A model generated the notes under the pieces. It worked only from the letters and a program-made list of their open reading frames with translations. It was not told the origin of the DNA and did no database searches. From the human T2T-CHM13v2.0 reference genome, Homo sapiens, in the NCBI RefSeq assembly GCF_009914755.1, contig NC_060930.1: a DNA stretch of 64,000 bases; one strand, written 5' to 3'. The position numbers and the translations under genes are program-made. This document shows, in pieces, positions 1-15,326 of the stretch (position 1 is its first letter; each line of letters begins with the position of its first letter).

Positions 1-1049
1 TATAATTGTTACAAAAACAATATTTACAGAGTGCCAAAAGTCCTGGTGTTTTTATGAAAAATTACTTTTGGAGAGAATATCATTTTTTGATATTTTGCCC
101 TCCCAATCTGATTCATTCAGAGAATATAATGAATTCTGCTGAAGAACTATTGCCAATGTGTTTTTTTCCTAAATGGATATGTGGATATGACAATATAATG
201 TATCATAGCAATCTTGTTTCGATGACTTTCTGGATAATGGCAGTATCCAAAGTGGAAACCTGAGAATTATCTCTTCTTGAATAGGTTATCAGGAAAAGAT
301 TTTTCTCCCTTAATGAGACCAATTCCAATTTCTTCTCCCCCCCGCAAACCATATCCCATTTATAGTTTCAAAGTACAAAAGTAACAGTATGCTGGCTTTA
401 ACACTTGGATACTAGAAAGCATAATTCTCCTTGCATATGAGAAAGCCACTTAATTTTGTCAAGGTGGTAAGAGAAATACACACCTATAGACATCACAGGG
501 ATGTAAGATCTTCTGTAGTCTCAGGTGAAAAATATTTAGTATATCATTGCTTGGGTGCCAAGAACTGGGTTTTGAACTTGGTGTTGCTCCTGAAATATCT
601 GCTAAATTGAAATAGTTAATATTAAGTTGGCCAAACAAAAGAATGAAACACAAAACAGTGGCAGAAAATAAGAGGACCTTTTTCAGGTGTCCATTCAAAA
701 GTTGTCAAGTTGTGTCTCTCCTGAAGTCTCAGTGGACTCTTGAGGAAAGGAAATGCGATTTCTTATGTGGATAGGTCCCACTGTGCCAAGTGCTAACAAG
801 GCAGGGATTCATGGCAAGTCACTGCTCCTCCACTGAGCTCCCCTTCTTTGCCTGCCTTTCCTATCCATTCATTTATTCCTACTTCATCTCTTCCACTCTT
901 CCCATTTCCTGCTTCTGATGTCTCCTCTGGCATCCAACGCTGTGCCTTGTTGGTGGCACTGATGACTAATTGGTGGCACTGATTGTTAGGTCTTTGAAAT
1001 TAAAGGAGTTTTCAGACTTCTTCAATATCCCCAAATAGATCCACTTATA

Positions 1050-1260
1050 AGTATAATAAAAAGAGCTACCACTTATTAAATCCCTGTTATGAGCTAGGTA
1101 CTCTAAATACTTAATCCTAATCTTAAAAATAACACTAGCATTTTATAGATTAAAAAAAAAAGGAGGCTCTGAGAGTTGGGTACCTTGTCTGAAGTCATAT
1201 TGGTCAGATGGAGAAGTAGTAGTAATTAAATTAGCACCCATTTCTGATTCCTTAGTCCAT
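1050..1260 (-). mobile_element. MIR SINE fragment (degraded)
   Basis: 'ttttatagat...ggaggctctgagagttgg...ccttgtctgaagtcata' resembles the reverse MIR core. Confidence 0.5.
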
Positions 1261-1869
1261 TATATGTCCAAATTTACATTCATTCATTGAACAAGTACTT
1301 ATTGAACATCTATATGCCATGATAGTTCTAGGTGCTGGGAAAAGGACAGTCACTGATCTCATAAAGTGATGGATATTGCCTTCATCTGTTGACTTGAAAA
1401 AATCATTATCTTCACAAAACGGCTTTTGGATTAATTTTGTTCTCTAAAAAAGATGTCTACTATGGTACTAGCATAATTAAAAGCAAAATATATTTGGGTT
1501 AGTAAGATTTTTCCTGTTATTACTGTTAGAGCAGTTGCTACTTAAATGATGGAATGGTGGAAATGTGGGCAAAAGGTCTTGATGTCTGAAGAGGCCACAT
1601 AAAAACAGAACCCAGCGTTAGGAGAAGCTGAGTTGGAATGAGCAGGTAACCATGCAGGAATATCTTATATATACACTTTAGTTTCCTTCCTAGCATCTCT
1701 CGGAATGGCTGAAAATATGACACTTGACAGTCCTTTGTACCGGACCCATCTACGTGGCTCCCCTGGTAAAAAATCCTGAGTTGTAATTTATGGCAAACAT
1801 TTCTTCAAGCTCCTGCTCTTGGAATGGAATACATGAATGTGAATTCCACCAAAGATAGTAATGGTGAGT

Positions 1870-2185
1870 TGTCTTAGTCCCTGCAAGCTGCTATAACAAA
1901 ATAATGTGGACTGGGTAGCTTATAAACAACAGAAATGTATTTCTTAGTTTTGGAGGCTTGGTAGATTCAGTGTCTGGTGAGCGCTTGCTTCCTAGTTCAC
2001 AGAAGGCATCTTCTTGCTTCATCCTCACTTGGAAGGGGCAAGGGAGCTCTCCCAGATCTCTTTTTGTAAAGCTACAGATCCCATTCATTAGGGCTTCAGA
2101 ATGCCCCACCCCCTAATGTCCTCACCTTGGAGTTAGGATTTCAACATAAAAATGCTGAAGGGACAAAAATATTCAATCTATAGCA
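1870..2185 (-). mobile_element. MaLR solo LTR, MLT1A-like
   Basis: TG...CA ends 'tgtcttagtcc..gctgctataacaaaat' to 'caatctatagca'; near-TSD tgagt/ggagt. Confidence 0.85.
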
Positions 2186-3284
2186 GGAGTGCACTTTGCC
2201 AACAGCAGCACCATTCAGTCCCACAGGAATATCTTTGCCCTGTTGCCTTGATCTTCTCCCCACTCTCCTTTCAGATGTGCTTATATTGTTCTCACTGCAG
2301 TGACTGAAGGAGTGTTTGGTTTCCAGCTAACCCTGATCTTTGGTGTTGAACAGTCAGGCCATCTGGGATGATTAACATCATAGCCTAATGGTGGCCACTC
2401 TTGGGCTACTGTGGTTGAAGAGATTGAAGTAGGTGGGAAGAGCGGTTGGAAAAGTCTGAAGAACTCAGAATTTTACACTCTCGCAAATGACATTAGGGAC
2501 AAAAGTTCAAAAAAAAAAAAGATGAGGGAGGAGGCAGAGTGTGCGTTTGTTGATCACTTCATCCGGGTAATTCAGCATGAGTAGACCCATTTATCTGATT
2601 CTACTCTATATGAATAGCGCTGGAAACATAGGTATTCTCAGTAAACAGAAGTTGAACTTAATTGCTAAATTCAGAAGGAAGGAGACAACAAGATTCCTGT
2701 CTATCTATTTAAAGATTTATCCCCTATTACTTATTTAATACATGCTAGATTCCCAACTCTGTGCTAGGTTTTGCCTTGTAGAACTTGGACCTGTCATAGA
2801 ATCTGCATCTAGCTCTCAACTACCATTTATGCATCATCTTCAACTTGTGGAGCAGTATGTGGCATGAACAAGAACATTGTTGGGAGTCAAGAGACCACCT
2901 GGGTTCTGGTCATACTGGCAGGAAATGGCAGTTACAAAATTAGAAGCCATATTTGATTTTAAAGTGCAAATATTTCCAAATACCTCATTTATTCACTCAT
3001 TTAAGATGTTAATGCATCTACTAAATGCTAGATGTCGGGTATCAGACATGTAAACATTTCACCTTTCTGGCCCTTAGTCTTTGTTCTTTTCAATGAGGGA
3101 AATAGCTATTCCCTAGACTTTCCTGAGTGATGGATACAAACCACTGGCTACACTAGAGATGACTATCAGTAATGCACAGACATGGCATTAAATAACACTG
3201 AACTACCTGAGGAAAGAGTGATTTTCTTCTACTTCTTTTTCAATCCTTCTATTTATTCAAGGGGAAAAGTCTCAGTTTGATGCT

Positions 3285-3591
3285 ACAGTATCTTTCACAC
3301 CTCTTAAATAATGTCTAATCTATACTGGCTATCAATTTCAAAGAGTTTGGCAATATTAGACTAGAATTTCATAATGTTATTTTTGTACATTTTTATGGTT
3401 ATCTTTAATTTATGAAAAGTGATACTGGCTTGCCATTTATAATAGTGATATAAATTTTTTTTAACATAAATGCATTTAAAAAGTGTTAAAAAGTTTATTT
3501 AAACGGTGTATTAAATAATTGTAAAAGTGGTTGGTAGATCTGGCCAAAATCACGAAGATGTTGTGTGACTGGCTGAAATTTGAGATGCATT
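3285..3591. mobile_element. hAT-Charlie-type non-autonomous DNA transposon remnant (MER113-like)
   Basis: 'gtgatactggcttgccatttataatagtgatataaa...ggccaaaatcacgaagatg...ctgaaatttgaga' matches a recalled consensus. Confidence 0.45.
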
Positions 3592-3939
3592 ACATGTTTG
3601 AGATGAATCAGAAGTTCTCTAAGGTCCACCCCTTCCTTGCTTGTTATAGTGTTCTAAGATCATTTGTATAATAAATAAAGGCTTAGAAAGCACTGGACCT
3701 TGCTGACTCTTTTCTACCCTCACCTTGGCTGTGAATCCAACACAGGGCATTAGTGTCATGTTCAGATCTGCTCCAACGGTACACAGAAGAGCACGCTGGG
3801 CAGAGGAGCACGAGGAATGCAGAGAGGGCTGCTCTGAGATTGAGCCACAAGGGAGAAATGTGACTGTTCTGTCAAAAATGGCTAGTTTGTTATTTTTCAA
3901 GTTGGAAGCAGTACAGGGCAGAGGCAAAGGCAAGATCTT

Positions 3940-4133
3940 GGAGCCTGGCAGTTCTTTGCATTTACTAGTTATGTAATTTTTTTTTAGCAAGTTATTTTAT
4001 TTCTTTCTGCTTCAGTTTCCTCATCTGTAAATTGAAGAAATATACCCACAAGGTTGTTATAAGGATTAAATAAGATAGAGTGAGAAACAATGCCTGTAAC
4101 AAATCAAGTACTCAATAAGTAGTAACTATTATT
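3940..4133 (+). mobile_element. MIR SINE
   Basis: Core 'cttcagtttcctcatctgtaaa', then 'ggttgttataaggattaaat' and 'tactcaataa'. Confidence 0.8.
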
Positions 4134-4966
4134 TTTATTCAGAGGGAAATAAAATGGCATTTTCCAAATGAGTGCATTATACATACTTTAAATATCAAGA
4201 GGACACCTCTGGCTACAGTGCCTCATTAAAATATACTTAACTTTACCACTGGAGACCTGTGTCTCTTCCTGCCCCTACAAATTCAGCAAATCTCCACTTA
4301 CCCAGAAACCTGGGTTCATTCTAAATTGGATCCTTTTCTCTCCTTCACTCAACGATTGAAATGTAATCACAGCATTGCCATGGATGGCTAAAAACAGTCC
4401 AGTGTATTAACTGAAAACTTTTATCATGTAAATATGGATACTAAATTTGTTCTTCAGCATATCAGTATATCAGCAATGAAGAAGTCATTTTTCAGATCTC
4501 AAAATTCCATGTAATATTTATAGCTTCTGAATATATTTAAAGCTAAGCATACGAGGGGTAAGAAAAAGTTCCATAAGGGGAGAAAGAAATATGCTAAATG
4601 TGTGCAGTATATCTGTCTTATGAGGCTCAAGCATGCTTTATGTAGTGCTGAGAGTTTGTGAGTGAGAGCTAAGCTGCATTTCCCTGGTTGTTCTTTTTAA
4701 CTATAAAGAAAGGTGATAAATTATAAATGTGCCTGAGTCACCCAAGTATGACAGTTTTAATTTTCATTTTAACAATATGTACAATACCAAATGCATGAAA
4801 CTCAGTTGGAATGTGACAAGGCAGTAGGGGCTGTTTGGAAGGCGAGGCTGAGAAGGTGAGCGTGCCCTTCCTGCCCATTGGCTCCTGTCCTACAGACATG
4901 GGCTTGGGACTGCCAGTGTTCTCAGCATCTTGCCACTTTGTCAGCTTTCTGCTCTATCTAAGATGA

Positions 4967-4971
<5 letters not shown>

Positions 4972-5010
<39 letters not shown>
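4972..5010. repeat. (TG)n microsatellite, ~19 units
   Basis: Read directly. Confidence 0.98.
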
Positions 5011-5012
<2 letters not shown>

Positions 5013-6252
5013 TTTGCATACAAGCCTGCCATGCGAATGGCTCTCAGATCCTTATCTATTTGAATAAAACAAATGCTTCCCTGCTTCATGTTCCATCTCA
5101 TTTTTTTTTCCTCATTTCCTACAGCTGGTTGTTTGTAATATTCATGATATTTCTTGGTTTCCAGTTTGTCTCTCTTCTCTCTCTCACAAAATAATGCCCT
5201 GCCTTTAAATTTTTCCATTTGTGTACTGTCTCCTTTATCATCCCTATTTCTTAAGCTTTCCTGCTTGGAGCATCACTGTCTGATTATTTCAAGGATAACA
5301 ACTTCCCATCTCTGTATAGAATTCTTTAGACAGGGATATGAGGAGCATGCATTTATAGGAGCTGTGCAATTGTAATGAACGTTTAAAACATGGAAAAAGT
5401 CCTGGGTCAAATAAGGTTTACAGTTTGGGATTGGTAAACCAATGAAAGGAACGAGTAAAATAAAGTAACATCAGAAAGTGATGTCAACAATCTTCCTTTT
5501 CATTTTAACCTGTTCCATGTGGAAGCTCTGAATACGGTCACGTGGCAGGCTCACGAGTGAGTCATGGGAGGTAAGCGTGGCTGGGAGAAAGGAGGGAGCA
5601 GTTACTGCGAGGGTGGGTGAGGATAACACAAGCCTTGTGAGCCAGACAGAATTTAAATGTGATAATCTTTGCAAAATGTTTGTAAAGATGAATAATTATA
5701 TAATCAATAGATATAATCATCTTTTTCCTCTTACAGGTAAATGCCATTTACAGAAAGCATTCTGCATAATAAAACGATTTCAAAGTCTCATAAGAGAAGC
5801 TAACATAACTTCCCTTAATCAATCTAGTCTTCATGAGCTCTACACAAATAGTCCCATACCAAGGTTTTCCTGTATGTCTATCCATTTATAGGGGATAGGG
5901 AAGCTTAAGGGAGGAGTGCTGTGAAGAATGTTGTCATTTCTTCTGGACTGCTACTAAGTAAAAGTTATCTTCTCACCTCACTCACCAATTCCTGCCTTAG
6001 TACCACAGCAATTATCTTTGCCTAAACACATTAACGGGGAAAAATGTTCAGGCTTTTGGAGAAGAGCTACAAGTGGTGGACGGTGGCCACAGTGAAGAGT
6101 GGGGTAACTTAGACTAAACACTATAGGTAAGTTTATCACGCTCTCTCTTTTCCCTTTACTGACTCCAAAGTACTTGTCACTCATTAAATCTGCCTTATCG
6201 TCAGTTCTTTCAAACAGGAAGCATAATTTCAGTGGTTGCTTTTCACTGGACA

Positions 6253-6448
6253 TGTGGCCTTGGGCAAATTACTTAACTGTTCTATGCCTTGGTTTTCTCA
6301 TCTTGGAAGATGTAATATTGGAAGAATAATAATATCTACTTCATGAGACTGTTGTAAAGGTTAAATGAGTTAATATCCATAAAGTATGAGAATAATGCCT
6401 GGCACATAATAAGTACTGCAAAATGTCTAGCATAATAATGATTATCAT
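6253..6448 (+). mobile_element. MIR SINE
   Basis: 'ccttgggcaaattacttaac...ttaaatgagttaat...tgcctggcacataataag'. Confidence 0.85.
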
Positions 6449-6614
6449 TGTTAATAACACATATGTCGTGTTCAGTGGGAGATCACTATATATAACCATT
6501 GTCTAATTCCTCTTCTGGATTTGTGTTCTTTTTAGGAAGTTGTGCATGTCCATTGCAGAATAGGAGGTGATTAGATATGTAGTATCATTACTATTCCAAT
6601 ACTAGCATTTGGGG

Positions 6615-7152
6615 TGTGAAAGTTGTAAGATTCAAAATAGAGTCACTTGTGTCAAACCCGGGCAAATGGCGCCAAGGAGGATCATGAACGGAGGGATCTC
6701 ACACATGATTTTCTTGATAACAGGAGCCATCAGAAGAAATTTTTCCAAACTGCAGCTTATTACATGGGTCACACAAGGACAGTTTGCAGCATAAGGACAG
6801 CTAGCTGCTTATACAAGAACATGTGCCTGACACAGTCTCACAAGCCCAGTCCAAAACTACAAGGGCCTAACTGTAACTCCAGGATTACAAGTCCTACCTA
6901 ATAACTATTGGCACTCGCCAGTCAGAACTCACCAGCTCTTTTGTTGCTGCCAGCACCAATAAGCTTTCTTCCAAAACCAACGCATAGCCTCCGCCTTTCC
7001 CAATAAACTCTAACCTTTTCCTTTATTCTGTGGACACTCCAGAGGCCAATCTGGTCTGTATATATGTCCCAGATTGCAGTCCTACTTCTTGTATATTATT
7101 CTCAAATAAAACAATTTTTACTTAAGAGACTCATCTCTATTTTTTATGTTGA
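6615..7152 (+). mobile_element. ERV1 solo LTR (MER65/MER67-like; subfamily uncertain)
   Basis: Begins 'tgtgaaagttgtaagattcaaaatagagtcacttgtgtcaaacc'; AATAAA near the 3' end; ~540 bp. Confidence 0.7.
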
Positions 7153-7812
7153 GGTTTTAAGTGAGTGGGAAACCAGCAGGCAGTGTAAATGCAGTCCCAG
7201 AGTTCCCAGTGGCAACTGTGTTCACCACTCTACTCTGTAGCCTGAGCAGACTGTCACAGAACTGCCCCTGACCAGATTGATGAATATAGGAGAGCTGCTT
7301 TCCTGTGTTTTTAGGCTGAAAAACTTCACTCTGTTTTGGACTGTACAGAGACAAGCATGCAGCATTCCCAAACATTGGCAGACTTCTCATCACCTTTGGA
7401 TGACCTATGACCGATACATTTAGCGAAGAGTTCACATTATTAACTGGATTTCCCACCAGTCATTGTTCAAAGATTGAAATTTCACAAATAAAATCAGAGC
7501 CCGATAAAGACATTTTTAGTTACATCACAAAGAAAGAAAACTCTTTCAGCTTTGGGACGGTCTTTGATAAGTTGCATAATGGTCCCACACAGCCTAAAAT
7601 TAAACTCTCCAAAAGTTCCTACCATATGACCAAACATGAGCATTTAATCTTGAAACTTCTATCCAGAAGTTAGTTCTCAAATAAATGCATCTACAGGACA
7701 TAAGCAGAAACATGGAAACTGGAGGTAGCAGGTCCCAAAAATCCATAGATTGTTTTAAACATATTTTAACCCCTGCTGGACAGGAAAGGCAAAGCCATTG
7801 GCATTAGGTAGA

Positions 7813-7996
7813 ACTGGGCACTAATCTTAGCTCTGACACTTACTAGCTAGGTCATCTGAACCATGTTACAGTTTCCTCATCTGTAAAAGGCTGAGTTGAT
7901 ACCTACTTCAAAGTACAGTTGTTAGAATTAAATGAGTAACGTTTGTATAGCTCCTGTGGCAGTGCCTGATATATAACAGCTATTCAGTAAACGTTT
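7813..7996 (+). mobile_element. MIR SINE
   Basis: 'gctctgacacttactagct...cagtttcctcatctgtaaaa...aattaaatgag'. Confidence 0.85.
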
Positions 7997-9559
7997 ATGT
8001 CTGCCTAACTTGTTGCTCTGCTGTTAGTTGGGACCTGAACAGTGGGAGCCTTGGCCAGGTAGTGACATACCTGTGTCTGCAGAGCCTGGGCCATTCAAAC
8101 ATCTCAGCTGATGCTCACGGAAATTACTCTCACTTGTGCTCCAACTTCACTCCAGTTCCTCCACTCTCTGTTGATTTTTGCTGCTGACCTGACCCTTACT
8201 TCTTGGCATTTGAACCTGACTTCATACCCTGTATACCAACTAGGTTCTGGTATTCTGTCCACATTCCTACAAGCCCCGGAGGCAGGGCTTAGCTTTGTAC
8301 TTCTAGGTTGGTCCTGATAGCACATTCCAGTCCTATCTCACACAGCTCAAAGACTGCCTTGCTAAAACAAAACAAAAAACAAAACACCTCACACTGAAAT
8401 TTCATCATCTCTCCAGGAATAGAGTTTCTTTATTGTGAAAGATTCTTTCTCAAAATGGTTTAGTGTGCTTCGAGTTTCATCTCAGGTATTATTTGCAGTG
8501 GTCCCAGCAGTAAGCCTGGCTTATCTGAGCCCTGGTTTATGGCAAGCCTGAAATGAAATGAGAATGTCGGGTTTGGGAGAGACAGGTCCCCAAACCAGAG
8601 GAATGACAGGAATGTTCACATGGGGACACAAAGCCTGCCTGATTAGAAGGAGGGAGTCTGGAGAGAGTGGCCAGGGTAGTTTACATGGGCAGAAAATGAC
8701 AGATGTCAAAACCATAAAGGTTCAATGAGAGTGGCCAGGTACGTGGAGCAGGCAGGGTCAAGGACACCAAAGCAAACAAAGACAGCAGATGCAGAAGTGA
8801 GAGTTGAGTCTTGAGCTGCTGCGAACTGCAGTGGGAGGCAGGGCTCGTGTGGGGGTGCTGTGGGAAGCAGGGGCCTTCCTCACTCATCAGGAACACAGCT
8901 GTCTGCCCCTAAGCCACAGCCCTCAGCTTTGGGAGGATAATTTCTCACAGCAGTGCTGTATCTATCATAGCTGAATTTAAAGAATTTGTGGTAAGTGATC
9001 TTAATTGAACTGATACCCTTGAGATGTCGCATCACCTTTAAACCAATGGACATCTGAAAGGAAAGTACATTTTCCTAATGTTGTGATGGAATGGATTGCT
9101 ACTGGAGACTGGCTAACTAAATGGGTCCAAACTCTCATAATTTTCAATAGAAAAAAATAGTCTGATTTAGAAATAAAATCACCTTTAGCATTTCTACTAA
9201 AATTAAAAAAAATTACAGAGTCCAGTTGCCTCTAGATATGTCTCTTCTCTGTAAACCACAGTTCTACAAGAAGCAATCTTTGAGAGTAGAGAGCTTTATC
9301 CTAACGGCCAACCATAAAGACAGCTAAATAGAATATTTGAAATAGAAATCTGCGAGCACTGTGAAAGAGTACTTTTTGTTTTTTAAAGGTAGTCAACTTT
9401 GTTCCTCCCTTACAGAAGATACAGTTGGCTGACCTAAATTGACTAAGTTCTGAGAGAATCATATCGTTAAAGAAAGTAGAAGTCTGGCCCATAAAGTCCT
9501 GTGATTGTTCAATCCCTAAACGAGGTCCCCAAAGGAGTGTTTCTCTCTGTCTCACCTCA

Positions 9560-10335
9560 CATGTGGCTAAGGAGAATATGGGCAAGGAAGAACCTCCAGA
9601 GAGGAAAGTTAGAAGCCATGGAGGCCAATGGCCAAGAATGTCCACCAGGGTCTAAGCAGAGGGCATCAACCCCTAGAAGGGCAGGGAGGCTGTTCCTAAG
9701 TGATACGGTTTGTATATTCACTCCTGCCCAAATCTCATGTTGAACTGAAATTCCCAACAGTGGAAGTGGGGACTGGTGGGATATGTTTGCATCATGGGGG
9801 TGGATCCCTCATGGCTTGGTGCGTCTTTGCAATATTTGATGAGGTCTCATGTGATTTGGTCATTTAAAAGTGTATGGCACCTTCCCCCATTCCCTCACTC
9901 CTGCTTCTGCCATGTGATATTCCTGCTCCCGCTTTACCCTCTGCCATGAGTAACAGCTCCGAGGCCTCCTGGGAAGCTGCCATGCTTGTGCCTGCAGAAC
10001 TATGAGCCATTAAACCTCTTTTCTTTATAAATTACCCAGTTGCAGGTATTTCTTTATGGCATGCAAGAACAGCTGAATACACTGAGCAGCAGGCTTTCAT
10101 CACTGGTATGGATCAGGGACTACTATGTGTTTCCCTTTCTTTCTTTTCTGAATGGGAGATTATACTGCATTATCCTATTACTACACTAACACTATATAGG
10201 GGGACTCTGTGGGCAAAGTCAAGAATCTTAACTGTTTACACATTACCAGCACAAAAGAGCTATCTCAGCTCTTGTTGGAAAAGCCAGCACATGACTTTGT
10301 GCTGGATGCAAAGACTGAGTGGGATTTTGAAAACA
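9560..10335 (+). mobile_element. Probable degraded MaLR internal 3' region, interrupted by the MST LTR
   Basis: 'ttttctgaatgggag...tatcctatt', 'gactttg..gctggatg...gactgagt' resemble the MaLR-int end at 48000-48250; it precedes an MLT1 LTR. Confidence 0.4.
9701..10081 (+). mobile_element. MaLR solo LTR, MSTA/MSTB
   Basis: 'tgatacggttt...cccaaatctcatgttgaa' to 'attaaacctcttttctttataaattacccag...gaataca'; near-TSD ctaag/ctgag. Confidence 0.9.
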
Positions 10336-10369
10336 CATAGTTATTTGGCTATTTGGGGTACGAACTCAG

Positions 10370-11050
<681 letters not shown>

Positions 11051-11195
11051 CTCCTTCATCCGAATGCATAAAATTATAATTTCAGAATGATTTGATATAA
11101 GAAAATCATTACTTCTAGAATAATTTGAATTGGAAATTTCATTTCTAGGTACCATAAGATCATTTTTCTAGACATTATAAATTCTTAGGTCTGCA

Positions 11196-12860
<1,665 letters not shown>

Positions 12861-15012
12861 ATTTCTTAGGTCAGCACAAATTTTAAATCTGAGGTATATC
12901 ACCACTTTGATATTACATGGAAAAAAGTGTAATACACATATACAAAAGTTTAGTTTTTATCAACTATTCAAAAGTAGTCCTGAATGATTTAAAATACTGT
13001 CCAAAATTGTGGTAATTCTGCATCCTGTCATATCAAGAAGAGACAGGCTTAAAAGAGTTTCCCTTTGTTGGTTAGATTAACATTTAGCCAAAAGATAAGT
13101 GAGGCTATTCATGTTAGGAGGATGCTCTGGTACTTTTGGCTAGTGTTAATTTTAAATACAAGAATTTGTATTCTATAGGGAGTAGGAAATGCCTATGTTT
13201 TTCTTGATGACCATTAAATATTCTTACTGAAAACTAGTCTTCTGCTCAATATTGTCACATAAATGGTTTTAATTTAAGAATACTTTCAATACAATTAATG
13301 GCTTTGGATGTCCTGTTAAGTTTGTTTTTAATCTGTACTGTTATTTGTGCACACTGTGGTATTCACACAGATCTAGATGTCACATAGCCTACGTTCACAC
13401 AACCGCTAATATAAAAAACACCATTGAGCTCTATTAAGTTCCAGTGGCACACAGTGCCAAAGGATTGTTGTTCAATGTTTGACTTATTAAAGTTTCCTAA
13501 GACAGGCAATCTCATAAGCAAACGTATAGAGGCCCAGCTGCCCTTTTGACTAAATACATCAAAATAAGTATTTACTTCATATATGAGAAATAGTACAAGT
13601 GCCCTTTACAGAGAAGAGAATCTGGGGAAAGCTGCTTCAATTAGACCTTTATATGAAGGACTGGAGGTGAAAGCCCTATGTCATTTTCATTCAAGAGAGG
13701 TTTTATGAAGAATATGGGGTTTCACAAGCTGTCTGGGTGTGATGGGAGAAGGAAAGGAGGATTTGCATTCTATAGCATACATGCAATATTTTTTAAAAAA
13801 GATTCAGAGAAGGAGTTAATGCCTGAGTGTAGGAGATGTATTCAGCAATTATAATAAAATCCTGAAAGAAAGCCTTATCATTTGTACTCATATTTATTTA
13901 TTCACTGCAAGCATGAAAAGAAACCCCAGAAGGAATCGTCAAATTGTCTTATGTGAATTACATTGGAAAACGTGTGTTTTGGACATTTTCAAAGCTCAAA
14001 CTATTTTGCTTGTTCTTGAAAGTGGGAATTCTAGTGCAACTAGAAAGATAAACATCCTTAATATCCTTTCACCTTGCATTTTTACTGCTTTTTTTAAAGC
14101 ATGAATAAAAAACCAGAAAGCACATATTCGCTTGCCCCTGTACATTTTAAATGACTGTTTTACAAGTCATTCAAAAGATGGCTGACTCTGATAGAATGAA
14201 GCACTCAAAAATGTTGATGCTGAGGCAAAGGAATGACCCATGCCTTACAAATTAATCATGTTGAGTTAGGATTTTTTGGTATTGTTTATTTGTCCCAGCA
14301 TTATCTGACCCACAAAATAGCTATCCGACACCACGTAATAAAAATCCTTTTTTATAATGGGGTTCTACTTAGAGATCAAATGTCAGTGTTCTTTGATCTT
14401 TGTTGCTAAGATGTTCTCATTATATGGAACAGAATTCAGCAGGTGTTTGATTATTTATCCAGCAAAGGGGAAGGTGAGCTGGGATTAAATTGTTATGGCA
14501 TAGCTTTGTTTTAGGCCCGCTGACTCTTGCTGAATTTGGAATAATTGTGTTGCTGCATAGCAATCTTGCTAAGTACAATAGGACACTGAAAAGCTTGGCT
14601 CAGAAACTAATGGTCTGCAGCTACCATCTGTGGGATTGAAACTAAATGCCTCTAAAAGAAATACTCATAAATGTAACTAGCCATCTTGTTGATTAGCTTT
14701 CTGGTAAATGGGATTCCAGTTGCCTAAATGAACCAGTGCAACCTCTCTCTGGAAGCCAATAGATGGACAACCACTTGCTTCTGAGTTAGCAGTTGCCCAA
14801 TAAATTCCAATATATTTAAAGCTCCTTTGAAAGAAGACACTCCCAAATTATGTAAAATGTAGAAAATTATATCAACACTTCACAAGCTATAAATTAAAAT
14901 AGAAAAATATAAATTCCTGTGCCAGTGTTTTCAAGGTCATTATTTTTCAATTCAATACATTCAGCTATGCTCTTATTGCCTATTCTTTGTGGCTAGGTTA
15001 ATTATATGGTGA

Positions 15013-15326
<314 letters not shown>

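Noticed and set aside
950-983. 14-bp direct repeat ttggtggcactgat (20-bp period), CTCF-like
   Set aside because: Only half of the CTCF consensus matches; more likely a small slippage duplication. With two units only it is not an array.
3619-3990. 123-aa minus-strand ORF
   Set aside because: Non-ATG start, overlaps a MIR, and no recognisable homology.
4958-5218. ORFs with CVCVCV/HTHTHT runs; also YIYIYI at 24576-24764
   Set aside because: Microsatellite translations.
7157-7673. 99-aa and 88-aa ORFs and an acceptor-like 'ttcctgtgtttttag|gctg'
   Set aside because: No recognisable domain, no convincing donor, and lengths expected by chance.
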